Counted from the stretch's first letter, positions 1 through 14,891 are shown. The stretch: 64,000 nucleotides of DNA from a virus (IMGVR_UViG_3300013426_000026:39395-103394), one strand, 5' to 3'. The notes: generated from the sequence alone by a model not told the origin. Numbers and translations: made by a program.

Positions 1-181
1 TGCTACTGGTGATCCTGCGACTTTCACTTTTACGCTTGATGCTTTCCCTGGAACCACTCGTTTCAATCCTACTAAGAAAGTGCTTGCTGCTGTTCAGATC
101 ATTGAAGATATTGATAACGATAGTGTTTATCGTACTCAGACTATCCATGATCCGGCTCATGACAGCTACTTTGATATTTAA
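1..181 (+). CDS. 3' end of probable major tail (tube) protein, partial
   Basis: Frame 2 reads ATGDPATFTFTLDAFPGTTRFNP...YFDI, TAA at 179-181. GDPxTFxFxLD resembles siphophage tail-tube C-termini and the gene lies upstream of the tape measure. Confidence 0.55.
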   Translation, partial: ATGDPATFTFTLDAFPGTTRFNPTKKVLAAVQIIEDIDNDSVYRTQTIHDPAHDSYFDI

Positions 182-183
182 TT

Positions 184-348
184 ATGATTATTAGTTCTAA
201 TGCTCCAAGACCTATTAAAGCATCTGAAGTAGAAAAAGTCGTAATTAAAAAGTCAAAGAAAGAGAATAAAGTTTCTCAAGAAAAAGAGAATAAAACTCCT
301 CTCACAGAGGATGAACTTATTGAAAAGATTATTAAAGGAGAGGGTTAA
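184..348 (+). CDS. small Lys/Glu-rich hypothetical protein (54 aa)
   Basis: ATG 184 to TAA 346-348, MIISSNAPRPIKASEVEK...; no clear RBS; ends in a terminator. Confidence 0.45.
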   Translation: MIISSNAPRPIKASEVEKVVIKKSKKENKVSQEKENKTPLTEDELIEKIIKGEG

Positions 349-370
349 TCCCTCTCCTTTTTTTTATTTT
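334..370 (+). terminator. intrinsic terminator
   Basis: AAAGGAGAGGG-ttaat-CCCTCTCCTTT followed by a T run. Confidence 0.8.
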
Positions 371-387
371 GTGCAAAAGGAGATAAT

Positions 388-1620
388 ATGATAACTAATG
401 TTGATAAAAATAAATTAGCGCGACGAGCTAATTCAGACCCTTCTAGATCAGTCAATACTTTAGTCTATTTAAAAAATATTTATGATAGTATGTTATCATC
501 CATACCTGCCAAATCCAGAAAATAGGGTAACAGCAAAGATACAAATGCGCAAATATTAGAAAATTTTTTAAATGGAATAAAGTATATGCAGATGCATAAT
601 GATGATAACGGCAATCCTACTATTGATGGGTATTAGAGTATTTTAAAAGAGGTCGAACAAGAATCTTTTAATTAGCTGCTTAAGAATATGGTAGAGATTA
701 ATCCTTCCTTAGCTAAATATAAGTATTTTACTTGGAGCGCGGACAGAGATAATGGGATTGGCATTCAAAAAGGTATTGATAGAGCGAGAGATGCATTATT
801 AAAAACTATACATACCGCCACGATGATAGATTAGTATAATATTACATCATCTAAAGGGTTAAAAGCAACAAAGCAAGATTATAAAACATCAAATTCTTTA
901 TTATAGATGTCTATGACAATTCCAAATTTAGATTTTAGTAATATAGCTGATAATATAGCGCGTGATTTAATTTAGAATTAGATTTATGAAAAAATGGGAT
1001 TGAGTAAACCAATTGAAAATACAAAAACTCAAAATGGTATTACCACGCATTCTTCCGCTTTTGGAGCAATCACAAATGTAGGATTAAGTGCGGAAGTTTA
1101 GTATACAAGTAATTCAACTGTTTTAAATTAGATACTAGATGCTTTAACCGAGGCTACTTTTACCACCGCTTATAAAGCAATAGCACCTAAAATGAATTTT
1201 TAGATTAACGGTATAAATCCTTATTTAGTTTTTATGAATACAGCTCCTGGTAATAGTATGATACGTAGCGGCAGATATTATAGAATGTTAAATTGTTTTG
1301 ATAGACATGATGGCGGCGACCCTGACCATTCTGAGGCTCCTAGTTATTTTTATAGAATATAGCAAATTTATGCTTTAACAAGATGGAATAATAATTAGAT
1401 TATTAGAGATTAGATATTGCAACAAGTATTAGGTAATTAGATGTTTAGCGCAAAATATTTAGTTGTTAATGACCCTAACGCTGATTAGATAAAAGTATAT
1501 TCTACCACGGATATAGTTAATGATTATTTGAGTGATTTAAATATTATGGGTAAGCTTAAAAAGTCATAGAGAGTTGATAAAGATTAGGCTTTATCCGGAA
1601 ATATTAAAATAGAATTTTAA
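388..1620 (+). CDS. hypothetical tail-region protein (410 aa, TAG=Gln)
   Basis: AAGGAG RBS, ATG 388, in-frame TAA 1618-1620; the internal stops seen were TAG. Missing from the standard-code ORF track. Confidence 0.75.
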
Positions 1621-1628
1621 AAATTTTT

Positions 1629-1657
1629 TTGACTTTGAAAAAATTTTTTGTTATAAT
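1629..1657 (+). promoter_or_regulatory. sigmaA/sigma70-type promoter with extended -10
   Basis: TTGACT-17 bp-TATAAT with TG just upstream of the -10. Confidence 0.7.
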
Positions 1658-1736
1658 ATATTTATAAAGAAATGAAAATTAAAAAATTTACTTAAATGTA
1701 AAATTTTTAAAATATAATAAAGAGGGAGATGAAGTA

Positions 1737-2264
1737 ATGGCAAAAATAGCCTTTACAAAATTATAGCTCCAGAAGAATAGTGATGTTAGAAATTGGCAAG
1801 TTAATGAGTAGACTATAGAGGTAAAATAGTATCTGCCAGTAGAACAAAGAATAGAACTTGCTAAACAGGTCATTCAACAAGTTATTGATTTCAATAATGA
1901 CTTTTTGAATGAATTCGCATTCCATGTATATATGGATTTAGCGATTGTATTTAATTATACAAATTTAACTTTTACTGACAAACAAAAAGAAGATTTGTAT
2001 AAGCTTTATGATTTACTTGCCGGTTCGGGCTTTATTGTGGAATTGAAGAAGCAAGTAGATTGTAATCAAACTGATGACTTGGAAGTATATATCTATGAGA
2101 CCTTAAATAGCTATTATAAATATCGTAATAGCGTTTATGGTATTATGAATACTATGAGTCAAGATTATGGCTCTTTAGCGGAAGACGCAGAAAGATTAAG
2201 AGCTGATCTCACTAATCCTAGTTCTTTAGGAATCTTAAAAGAAACTTTAACCAAATTAGGATAA
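1737..2264 (+). CDS. pre-tape-measure protein, possible tail assembly chaperone (175 aa, TAG=Gln)
   Basis: MAKIAFTKLQLQKNS...TIEVKQYLPVEQRIEL... joins track ORF 1905-2264 in frame; lies immediately before the TMP. Confidence 0.7.
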
Positions 2265-2302
2265 AGTATTTAAAGGGTTTCCTAAATTAATTAGGAATAT
2301 GT

Positions 2303-2336
2303 AAGGGTATGAGGATATTCCTCATACCCTTTTACT
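2303..2336 (+). terminator. intrinsic terminator
   Basis: AAGGGTATGAGG-atatt-CCTCATACCCTT followed by Ts. Confidence 0.7.
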
Positions 2337-2374
2337 TTTATATAAATATTATAAAGAGAGAAAGGAGCAAATTC

Positions 2375-5300
2375 ATGGCTAATAGAAATAATAGTGCTTC
2401 ATATGATGTAAAACTTGCTTTTACGGCTGATACTGCGTAGGCGAGACAATAGCTAGAAAATTTATAGAATGAGCTTACTAAATTAGCTAATTTTAAATCC
2501 ACAGATACTTTAACTCATGGATTAAATAAAGAGCTAGCAGAAGCATCTATTCAAGCTAATCAATTGAAGAATAGTTTAGAGAAAGCTACTGATATTAATA
2601 CGGGAAAATTAAATTTAACTGCTTTTTCTAACGAATTAACCAAAAATGGTAAAAGCATAGACGATTATAGAAAAGCTCTTGTTGCATTAGGTCCTTCTGG
2701 GGAAGAAGCTTTTTTACAATTAACGTAGAGTATAATTACTGCCGATGCGGCTTTAACCACCGGTAATAAGAAATTAAATGATTTTAAGAAAACTTTAGCT
2801 AATACTGTTAAATGGTAGATTTCTTCTAGCATGATGCATAATTTTATAGGTGGTATTGAAACGGCTTATAACTATGCAAAAGATTTAGATAGATCTCTAA
2901 CTGATATTAAAATAGTTACTGAAAGTAGTTCATAGTCAATGGCCGATTTTGCCTAGAAAGCTAATAAGGCGGCATAGGCTTTAAGTACAACTACTAATAA
3001 TTATGCTTAGGCCTCCTTAATTTATTATCAGTAGGGCTTAAGTGGTAAAGAAGTAGAGGATAGAACTGCGGTTACTATCAAAATGGCTAATGCCGCTGGC
3101 GAAAGTGCATCTAAAGTTTCTGATCAATTAACCGCGGTTTGGAATAACTTTTATGATGGTAGTAAGTCTCTTGAATATTATGCTGATGTAATGACGAAGC
3201 TTGGTGCCTATACGGCGTCTAGTACTGATGAAATTTCAGAAGGTATTCAAAAGTTTGCATCTGTTGCTAATACTATCGGTCTTAGTTATGAATATGCCAC
3301 TTCGGCATTGGCTACATTAACTGCTCGTACTCGTGAAAGTGCAGATACAGTAGGTAATAGCCTTAAGACTCTTTTCGCGCGTATTCAAGGTCTTAGTTTG
3401 GGTGAAACACTTGAAGATGGTACCGATTTAAACAAGTATTCTAAAGCTCTGATGAAGGCTGGCATTGATATCAAGGATTAGAATGGTGAATTAAAAGAAA
3501 TGAATACTATCCTTGATGAAATGATGGATAAGTGGGATGGACTTAGCCGAGCTGAACAAGTTGCATTAGCATAGACGGTTGGCGGTGTTCGCCAATATAC
3601 TCAACTTGTTAATCTTATGGAAAATAAAGATTACTTTAAAGAATTGGTTGGCGTTGCTGAAAATTCTACTGGTTCTTTAGAGACTCAAGCAGAAATTTAT
3701 GCTGATAGTTGGGAAGGCGCTCGTAAAAGAGTCTAGGCCGCTGCTGAGGGTATTTATGATAGCTTAATTGATGAAAATTTCTTTAAAACTGTTGATGATG
3801 TAACAGCCACTACTTTAAATGGTATTAATGCTATTATTACAGGTTTGGGCGGAATTAAAGGCGTTGTTTCAAGTTTAGGGGCTTTAGTATTTAATATTTA
3901 TCGTAAAGAAATATCTACGAGTTTAAATTCTTTCGGTAATATGATTTATAATATGACCCCCCAAGGACAAAAAGCAGTTGAAAATCGTAGGCAAGAAGCA
4001 TTGGCTTCTGAAAAGAAAATGTTTGAAAGCTTTTATAATAGTCCTGCAGAAGATAGAACGGCGGATGATGTGGCTCGTATTAATAAGTATCAAACAATTT
4101 ATGAATTTTCTCAAAAGATTTATGATGTATCAGAAAAATTAACTGATGAAGAAAAGAAGTAGGCCGCATAGCATTTAGACATTATAAATTCTTTAAGCCA
4201 AGAGGCTATTAAATATGGAGAAATTTATGAAAAAGCTAATAATGCAACTGAAGAAACTAGATTAAAATTATTTTAGACTATTCGGGCTAAAGAAAATGGT
4301 AATCTTTTTACAAATGTAGATGAAGAAAGATTTTTTACTGCATAGAATTAGGCGATAGCAGCGAGTGTTTATCGTAAATAGGCTTCACGGACTGGTGCTT
4401 TTGGATATAATACCGATAAAGACGATTTAATTTTTTATTTAGATCACTTAGAAAAATCAACATAGAATTTTTTAAGAGCGAATGATAATTTAATTGGCGG
4501 TGAGGGCTTTTAGAACTATCGATTAGCGGACAATGCTCAAGTTTTAAAAATAATTCAAAATTTAAAAGCTGAAATTAATTCTTTAGATAAAGATGGTAGC
4601 TTAAATAATGTAATAGATAAAATCAATTTATTAATTACTGGTGACAGAAAAATAGAAGATAAATTTAATGGCCAAGAAGGTAAAAAAGAATTAATTAAGG
4701 CTGGATTTATAGATAGTAATAATAAAAATCATTATTTTGCTGGCGTAAGAAATTTAGCTCGTAATCAAGAAGAAAATTATAATTAGAGTTTTACGAGCAG
4801 ATTTGAGAAGGTTGCTGGAACATTTAATTTACGCCCATAGGAGATAGAGGCTGTATATAATTCTATGACTAAATTATCATAGGCTGAGTATGACAGTGCT
4901 ATGGCCGCTGGAAATGTGTCTAGAGCCAATTAGATTATGGGAGAATGGCTTGATAAAGTTTCTCAAAAGACTACATCAACCTCCGAAGCTATGGTAGCAT
5001 TTGCAGGTGCATGTATGAATTTAGCCTCTTTTTCAAATTAGATAAAAGGATTTTTTGATACGTTAGCTAACCCTAATACTACTGCGTTAGAAAAAACAGT
5101 AAGTATTTTAACTTCTATTGGCATGTTAGTTCCATAGTTTATTAATTTATAGAAGAATTTATAGTCTATCGGAAATAGTAAAGTTATTCAAAAAATAAAA
5201 GATTATTTCGCTTCTTCTTTGGATACTTAGGAAACAGCTCGAAATACTACAGAAGAATTAAAAAATGCTGAAGCAAAAAGATAGGCCACTAGAGCTTCTA

Positions 5301-8300
5301 AAGGCAAAGCACAAGCCTTATAGCAAGAAGCAAGCGCTGAAAGTGCAGACACTGCGGCTACAGGTTCACGAGGATTACTTTCTAACATATCCGGAGCCAC
5401 TTCACTTGCGATTGGTTTAGGCTCTGTTATAGCTATTTTAACTCTTATTAATTAGTTGTTTGAGGCTCATAAAAATAAATTAATAGAAACTGCATAGACT
5501 AGTTAGGAATATTTATAGACTTTAAAATCAGAAATAGATACTAATAATGAGTTAATTGACAGCTATGAAGAAACTTTAAAGACTTACCAAAAGACCGGAG
5601 AAGGAAAAGCGGAATTACGAGAAGTAGGCAGTAAATTATGTGATAGCTTAGATATTGAAAATTCAGCTTTATTAATTCAGCAAGGACGGTATGAAGAGTT
5701 AGCGAAAAAAATTAAAGAAGCTAATTAGGCTAAATTAAATGGCTCAATATAGTCAGCCGACCAGGCTATTAATGATAATTTTTCCGCGGGAATTTTACAA
5801 GGTTCATACACAAAGTATAATTCTACTCAAGGAACTCATAGAATTTATAGTGGTAATAAAAATAAGTTTACTAAAGATTTTGAAATAGAGTTATTAGCTG
5901 ATAATCCTAATTTAATTGGATGGGACAATTATACTTCGATTAGTAATTCTAATGATTTTGTTAATTGGTATGAAAAAGCTTAGAATATACAACAAGCTAC
6001 TTTAGAAAAAGCCGGAAAACAAGGAATTAAAACAGAAGATATTTCTTATCTTAAAAAATTAAATGAATTTTTAGCTGATAATAAAGAATTTTATGAAAAT
6101 ACAAAAGCTTTATTAGATAATGAAAATTCTTTAATATTAGATAAAGCGTGGTTTGGTTCAGATTCAGAAAATGTAAATTCTTTAAAAGAGTATACAAATT
6201 TTCTTAAAGAATTTAAGAGTGAGACTTTAAGTTTAAATTCTGAAGATTCTGATGGAATTATTAATAGTTATTTATTTGGTAAAGAGGGTATTGGGAACTA
6301 TGCCCTTTAGTATTCTGCTTTGGAAGAGTGGTTAAAAAATGCTAATGTTACTTCCGCAGTTACTCCTGAAGATATAATAAATAATTTTTCTGATTAGGAT
6401 ATTGAAATATTATTAAATTTACGTACTGAGGCTACTGGAGTTATTAGCGGAAATGATTGGATTTCTTCTTTTTAGAATTTAATTAAACTATCTCAAAAAA
6501 TAGCTGATAATTCGCCCATTGAATTTAATATTTCAATTGCAAAAAAAGCAAAAGAAAAATTAAAAAAAGAAATGGACGAAGATGATTGGACTAAATATTT
6601 TAAAGATGTAGATATTCCTTGGGGACAAAAAGGTTGGGTTACATAGTCTGGTTTTTAGTCTATGACTGATAATCAAAGATAGCAATATTTATCATAGAAA
6701 TAGATTGAAGAAAATCAAACAAATTATGAATTAATTTAGAATAAAGATGCTTGGATTGCTAATTAGCAAAGTATTTATGATGAATTAATAGCTAATAATA
6801 CGGCTAAAATATAGGATTTAAATAATTCAGCACCGACTGATGAAGATATTCAAAGAGCACAAAATACAATAAATAATGATGAACAAAGATAGTCTAACCT
6901 TAAGTGGTTAGAAGAAATGACTAATACTTATAATTAGATTTTAGAAGATGCTGGATTAAAAGATTAGAATGCTATTGATAAAGCCTTAGATGCTAAATCA
7001 GATGAAGCAAATAATGCTTTAATACAAGCTTATAATCTTATGTCTTTAGCTTAGGCGACTGTAGATAGAGATAATTAGAATTTAATTAATGCATAGGATA
7101 CAATTTCATTATCTGAAACTTATAGTGAATTAGTTACCGATGCTGAAAAATATGGTGAACAATTAGCCTCTGAAAGAAATAATATTGAAGATTCTTATAA
7201 TGCTATTATTCAATCTTTTGAGAATTCTCGTAGTTAGATGCTTTCATCGATTAATCTTTAGAATTTAGATATCGGCGATACTATTACTGCTGATGCGTAT
7301 TCAACATTAGAGTCTTTTGGAATTCATGTAGAAGATTATTTTTCAGAAATGGATGATGGTACTTACAAATTAATTGCAAAAGCATAGGAATTAAATAAAA
7401 TTTTAGGAGTAGCTTCTATTGAAAATGCTTATAATGCTGCTGATAATTTTGTTAGCTCTATTTATAAATCTTAGAATCTTGAGCTTCCTGAAAATATGCA
7501 AATTCCGCGAGATACTTTTTTAACTATAACCAATAGTATAATAGATAAAGGTATTCCATCGAATTGGGATAATGAGTATAAGGAATCTTGGATCAAAGCT
7601 GCCGGTTTGAATGTTGAAGAGTATAAAAATAAATTGGATGAAGGCGTTGTTGAAGCTGCTAAACATTATCAAGAATTAATTAATAACGGCGATTATCAAA
7701 TCGATGTTACAGTTCTTAATTCTGATAATATGCTTGATTTAAACAAAAATGCTAAAGCTGCCGGAATAGATACAACGGATAAACGGTATACAGATGCTAT
7801 GGTTAGTATGGCTTCAGAAGCGGGCATAGAGTATGACGCTACAGTAACTGCTGTTATTGATGCACAATCAAAATATGATGAAGCTATAAGTAATTATGGT
7901 GAAAACTCAGAATTAGCCAAAAAAGCCACAGAAGATTTATCGAAAGCTCAAGATAATTTAGCTAAAAATATTCGTACTATTTAGTTTTATAAAGCAACAG
8001 AAGATTTAGCTAATTATATGAAAACTTTAAAAACTACTAAAGATAATACTGAAAAAATGACTACGGCAACTAAAGCCGCAGAAGCCATTAGTAAAGCTTT
8101 TGGTAAAACTGTTGATTCTTCTTTTGTTTTAGATAAGGAAAATTAGAAGTTAATTGATAAATTAATTAATGGCACTTAGAAGCAAAAAAATGAGGCAGCA
8201 TTTAAGATTGATTTAAAAATCGATAATACAGAATTTACAAAAGACGTGAAAGATGCAGTAAAAGATGCTTCGGGAGATGCTGGAGAAGAAATAAATAGAT

Positions 8301-11300
8301 CTTTTGCTACTCAATTTGAATAGGTAGATTTAAGTGAATCTATAACTAATGGTATGGAACAAGGAGTCCAAACTGGGGCCGATGCGGTAAGGGCTACAAT
8401 AAATAGTTTAAATGGATTAACTTTTAATGCAGATGGTTCTATTAATATGGATAATTCTTCGGCTGTTAGTGCCTTGCAAGGTCTTCAGACCGCTTTAGGT
8501 AATACTACTGGAGAAGCTGGACCATTAGCTGGTATATTAAGCAGTATTTTATAGACCAGTATGACTCTTGATTCTGCTCAAATTCAAACTTTAGTAGATT
8601 TTTTAACAGATTTATTTAATGCTTTATAGGGCGACGCAAGCGCCTTAGAGAGTATCGCTAGTAAAGGGGCTACTCAATTAACAAATGCTGGTATTGACAT
8701 GACTGGCATGGGCCCAGGAGAAAACGAATGGACTAATATTACTACTAAAGGACCTTCTGGTGGAGGTGGAGGCTCTTCCTCTAAAAAGTCTGCTTCTGAT
8801 ATAGGTAAAGAAATTCAAGATAAACGTATTGCAGTTAATGAAAAAAAGCGTGAGTTATTAGAAACAAAACGTGAAGGTGCTAATCCAGAAGATGCACAAA
8901 AATATATTAAAGAAGAAATTGACTTACTCGAAGAAGAACAATAGCTTCTTGAAGAATAGATTAAATCTTGGAAAACTTTATTAAAGACTAAAGTTCAAGA
9001 ATTTAATGCTAAACATCCAGAATTAGAAATTACTCTTGATGACAATGGCGAAATTGCTAATGCTTCTGAACTTTGGGGTAAAGTTTGGGCTGAATATGAA
9101 AAAAATATGCAAGAGGGCATGTCTGGCGAAGAACTCAATGAATGGTTTACTAAAATCAGTAATGATATTAATGGGCCTATGGGTATCCAAGAGAATATTG
9201 ATGAAAATGTCGCGGCCATTGCTTAGAAAGAAAAAGAGTAGGCTGAGCTTGAGCTTGAATCAATAACTAAAGCCATTGATTGGAAAGTCAAACAAATTGA
9301 TTTCTAGATTAAGCGTCTTAATTATTATCAAGAAAAGCTTCTTAAATAGGCTCATGGCAATAAACAAACTATTGAAGCAATGCTTGAAGGATTTGCTTAC
9401 CAAGAGCAAGAAATGCTTTAGTTGTTTGATAAAGGTGCTACATTGCGCAGTGGCATTGATCAATTAAATTCGGCGAAAGCACAATATCCAGATTATGCGC
9501 AAATGTTTGATGAATAGATACTTGATTATCAAAGTGATTTGATTGATGTTAATGAAGCTATTCTTGATTTGCGTAATGACATTGAAGACCTTGTGCAAAA
9601 TGTTATGGATTTGGCGCTTGATGAGATTGATAAATAGATAGAACGTCTTGATACTTATACATCAATGCTTGACCATCTTAATAATATTATTGATTTGTCT
9701 GGTCGTTCAATGCTTGATATGGGCCTGAAGACTTAGATTGGTGCTACTAAAGTCCAAACTATGATTGGCAAAATGACCACTCTCAAAGGTCAAATGGATG
9801 GTTTGGTTAAAGCGCAAAAAGAAGCCGAAGAAGCATTGGCCGATCGTAGGGCTGATGGAGATGAATCTTCTGTTAAGTTCTGGGAAAACCAAGTTGAGGT
9901 TATTAAACAAGAAGTTGAAAAGGCATCCGATGAATTCCTTGGTTCTTGGGAAGAAACTCTTGAAGCTGCGCAAGATTTATTTGAAATGCGCGTGGAGATG
10001 GCAATTAATACATTAAGTAATGCCCTTTCGCCCTTTGAGACTCTTGAAGATTTTTAGGATAAATACGAGAAAGCCAAAACTATTAATGACCAATATCTTG
10101 ATGATGCAGAACGCCTCTATGAATTAAATAAACTCAATCGCCAGCTCAATTTATAGATGAAAGATACTGATGACCTTTTGGCTCAAGAAAAACTTAAAGA
10201 GATTTAGAAAGAGATTAACGATCTTCAGGCCGATGGCGTCTAGATGAGTCAATATGACCTTGAGTATTTGCAAAAGAAATATGATTTACAACTTGCCGAA
10301 ATTGCCCTTATGGAGCAATAGAATTCAAAGACTTCAATGCGTTTAGTACGTGATGCCGCGGGCAACTGGACTTATGCCTATGATGCCGATGAAGAAAAAA
10401 TTGAGGATGCTACATAGAAATATGAAGATGCGGTTCATGATTTAGGTGAGTTAAGTAAAGATTATATTAATGATGTAAGTGAATAGTTAATCCAAAATTA
10501 GATTGATTTTAAAGAAGCCTTACAAGATCTTGATAAGAATTCGGCAGATTATTCCAATTAGCTGTTAGCTTTACAAGAATACTACGTTGAAAGACAAAGA
10601 TATTTGCTTGATGAATTAAATAAAGGTGTTGTAAATAGTGGCCAAACCTTCCATGATACTTTATATGGTCAAATGACTGATTTGTATGATTACAATGATG
10701 CTTATATGCAATTTGTTAATAATTCTAATATTACAATTAGTGAATTATAGACTAATTATAAAGATTGGCAAAAAGTTGTTGAAACTGCAATGAACGTTGC
10801 TGGTACGTCTTGGGACAATTTTGGTACAGACATGGGAGGAACTCTTGATAGTCTTGAAGAACATATCCAAAAGCTTTGTGATGAAATTGAAGAACTCGTT
10901 GATGTATTAATGGGTTATATTTCATAGTCTATTGGTATGGTTCTTGATTGGGAATAGAAATATTCCAAGAGAACTGACCAAGAGCTTGCCAAGAACGAAA
11001 GCTATATTGATGGTAATTTTAGTGGCGGTGGGGGGAGGTATACTGACGTTGATATGCGTACTGATTGGAATCGTGTTATAGCTGAAATTACAGCTACTGG
11101 TACCTCAAAAGATGCCTATGGTAATATTGTTACAGATATTAATTAGGCTTATGAAAATCGTTAGGCAAAGTAGGATAAGATGAAGGAAGGCGTAAAAGCT
11201 GAACATGAAAAGTCTGGTGAAAGCTTTACCGATGATGAGCAGGCAGCTGCAATTGCTAAATCCAATAAAGACGTAGCTGACGAAATGCATAAGAAATATG

Positions 11301-11692
11301 GTTCTGGCGCCGCAACAGGTGCTTATACTGGTGATTGGGGTTTTGGTCAAGGATTCGGTCCTGATAATGGCAAGTTAATTAAAGTCCATCCAAAGGAATT
11401 AATTCTTAATAAAAAGGATACTTCTAATATATTGCGCGCGGTTGATATTGTACGTAATATGAATACTTGGGTGGATGATTAGATTAAGCGCATGAACCAA
11501 CAAAGTCAATCTGCGATTAGTGATTTAATGACTGATATTATGCCTCCTGTTTATAATGATTAGCCCATTCAATAGGACGTTAAGATAGAAGCTAATTTTC
11601 CGAATGTCACTGATCATTATGAAATTGAAGAAGCATTGTCTAATCTTAGTAATGATGCTGCATAGTACATCAGCGCGAATAGAAATAGATGA
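2375..11692 (+). CDS. tail tape measure protein (~3105 aa, TAG=Gln)
   Basis: AAGGAG RBS, ATG 2375. Track fragments 3083, 3845, 7496, 8354, 8699, 9761 and 11180 share one frame and end at TAG; TGA at 11690-11692. N-terminal TP901-type TMP core (TRESADTVGNSLKTLFARI) and C-terminal ATGAYTG...VHPKELILNKKDT motif. Confidence 0.9.
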
Positions 11693-11718
11693 GGAGATTA
11701 ATTTCTCCTCATCTATTT
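11686..11718 (+). terminator. hairpin/terminator after TMP
   Basis: TAGATGAGGAGA-ttaatt-TCTCCTCATCTA then TTT. Confidence 0.6.
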
Positions 11719-11737
11719 AGGAGTGAAAGGAGATAAT

Positions 11738-14700
11738 ATGGCTCACAATAGAAAAGAAGAATATCTGGCTGTTGTAAAATAGCCAAAAGAAATATCTAAT
11801 ACATTATTAGAAACAATTGATTATATAGCGCAATAGCGTGATGCGGAATTATCTTTTGATAAAACCATTATTGCCGAAATAGTTAGTCTTAATAATGCGG
11901 ATACTGGTGAATATTTTGTAGAATATCAAAAAGGCAAATTTCGTGCTTACACACCGACTAATTTAAATTATACATACTCTAAGGGAACTAATATATATGT
12001 TAAAATCCCTGGAGGGGATTTTACTTAGAAGAAAATTATTGAAGGTAAGGTATCGGCCTCTTCTTATAGTGCTGAAGAATATGAAGCATTAGCTCAATAG
12101 GTAGTTGATATTAGTGATATTTATACTAATGCTAATGAATACTCTTTATTAGCCTATGCACAAGAAGATAGTGAATATTATCAAAAAGTAATCTATGAAA
12201 ATCCTAGTTTAGAAGAAGATATAGCATTTACTAGCTTATTGAGTACTTACCCTAATATTAAAATTTCGGCTAATTTTAGGACTAAATTTTATGGGTCTAT
12301 GGTAGCCGGTAATTATGGCATAATTGTAGATTTTTTAGAAAAAGATAGTGGAATTACTTATTCACGTAGATTAGATATAAATAATTTTTCAGGTAGTATA
12401 TACAATTATGAAGTAAATTCTCCATAGTATGCAATTTATGATATGTCAGGAATTAACCTTTTAGGTATTCAAAAAATTACTTTTTTTCAAGAACGTTTTA
12501 TTAGATATGATACTGTTTTTAATGCTTATAATGAACCAGTAGAAGTATATAATAAAGAACCAAATATATTTGTAAATAATATAAAAATTAACTTTGTTGA
12601 TATCCAAGATAGTTCCAAAGATTTATATTATGTAGGCATTAGCGCGCCTCAAGGCTTATCTTTAATTCAAGATACTGATAAAATTAAATTAACTGGCGTT
12701 TTATATTATGCTGGGAAAGATATAATGGATAAAACCAACTGTATTTGTAGATGGTATAAGCAGAATCCGTCGGTTTTATCCGGAAGTGAAAAATATGATA
12801 AAGCTGCGGGTCCAGGTTGGGAAATGATAAATGATGGAATTAATTTAAATTTTAATGAACTTATTGTTTCTGGTAAAGATGTTTACTAGCAAATGCGTTA
12901 TAAATTAGTTGTAATATATAATTCATCAGTAACTCTGAGCAAAGATGTACGAGTAGTTAAATATTATAATGAGCGCTTTACAATTATTCGAAATGATATT
13001 AGTGATACAGAGGTCAAATTGACTATTGTTGATTCATAGTCCAAAATAGAAGGCGCGGATTGGTATGTTGATTTATAGGATGGTTCTTATCTTGCTTTAA
13101 ATAAGAATACACTTGAAATAGATATTAGTCAATATTTAAGTTATGGCACAATAATGTTTTATGCCGTCGCTAAAATTAATGAAGATAGCGATGATTATGT
13201 TCCTTGCGAATACAAATTAGTTAATTATCTTAAAGATTCACCAGTACGAGTAGTATTTGATGGCAATGATACATTTTAGTATGACGAAAATGGTAGCATT
13301 ACTTACGACTAGTCAATTATGGAAATTATTATAAAACCGACGATTACTGTTGATAAAGAGAATATCGGCGTAAAAACTATAACCTGGTTTTCACCCGATG
13401 GTGCGGAATTAGTTGAATATCCTACTACTAAAATTACTAATTCTATGATTTCTAAATTATGGATTGATAAAGCCACTAATTCAGTACATTATAATATACG
13501 TCAAAAGTATTATGCTAATTATACCAATAATACTTTATCGTTACGAATTATTACTTTGGCCGATAAAGAATTTTATTTTAGTAAAGGTATTATATTTACA
13601 AAACAAGGATAGTATAAAATTAATGGTCAAGACTATTCTTTTACTATTAAACAATGTTCTGCGGATGGTAGCGAAATTAGTCAACGGCCATTAAATAAAA
13701 TGAAGGCAGAAGATGAATATGAACCTATTTATTTTAAACCTGAATTGCGTTTAAATGGGGAAATAATAAAAAATGGAACATCTTATAAAGATGAAGATGG
13801 CAATTTATTAAGTACCTATAAGATATAGATAAGCACAAAAGATATTAATATTACTAGTGAATTATCAAATGCTGAATAGAATATCTATAAAATTACAAAA
13901 GCTACTGATGATTGTGACGGTTAGTATTTTATTAAATTTACTGCCTCTATTGGATTAAGTGGCAATCAAGTAAAAAAGCAATATTTGCATTAGTATCAAC
14001 CAATTATGGTTAGTTTAGGCGCGGAAATAGATAATATCGGAACAATTTCTATACCTTCTAAAATAATATATGATGCTTCTGGTACGCCCGCTTATTCTTC
14101 ATCTACCGCAATCTCTTTTAAATATAAAACTTCTAAAAAGAAAGAAAAAGAATTAATTGGTAAAAATACAAAATCGTTAACCAGTAATATTTTTCTCTAT
14201 CCTATTACTTATGGAGATGGCAAAGGCGGATATTATTTACGTCCTGTAGATAGTTATAGTGGTGCTTACTTTGCTGGTAGCACGGACACAGTAAAAACAA
14301 CACCTATGGGAGCTTTACAGATTACTATTTCTAAAAAGGCTTATATTATTTATCCAATAGTAATGTTGACTAGTAAAGATACCGGCGTAACTGATAGTAA
14401 TACTGATGGTACAAAAACAAGTACAGTTGATGATGAAGATGCAGAAAAAACTTCTCCAGTGAATGGAGTTTTAAATATAAATAATGAAAATGGCTAGAAC
14501 ATAATTGGCGCAATAGATAAAGTTACTACTCCTGGTGCTTTTACTTAGTCTTTAGAAGGTGTAGAGTAGAATTATTAGTCCATCCCCGGATTATTTTAGT
14601 ATGATACCGATGGTATTCCTACTAATGTACTGCGCTCTGATGGATTTGTTAGATTGGGCGGAAATGGTATAGTTATTAAAGATGGAAATGTAAAAGTGAA

Positions 14701-14785
14701 TGATGCGGATATTTTAACCACTAAAAGTATTATTGCATGGATTTAGGCACATAAAGATGAAGTTAAATAGATATTAGAATTATAA
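11738..14785 (+). CDS. putative tail/baseplate structural protein (1015 aa, TAG=Gln)
   Basis: RBS and ATG 11738; fragments 12239, 12443, 13319 and 14006 in one frame; TAA 14783-14785; beta-rich, directly after the TMP. Confidence 0.75.
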
Positions 14786-14820
14786 TGGAATAGATTTTAA
14801 TCTATTCCATTTTTTTATTT
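14784..14820 (+). terminator. intrinsic terminator
   Basis: AATGGAATAGA-tttaa-TCTATTCCATT-type hairpin plus a T run. Confidence 0.75.
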
Positions 14821-14891
14821 GGTCCAAAGACGTATATTTATTACAATTGATTTTTAAAAATAAATAGAATAGAGTTAAAGGAGGCAAATAA

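Noticed and set aside
176-189. Frameshift or hop fusing the tail tube protein to the 184-348 ORF
   Set aside because: There is no clear slippery site; simple translational coupling suffices.
8995-10016. Overlapping alternate-frame and antisense ORFs in the track (also 27717-28188, 33280-33600, 51302-51616, 58060-58643, 62005-62280, 63022-63342)
   Set aside because: They are shadows of real genes, with no RBS or recognisable motifs.
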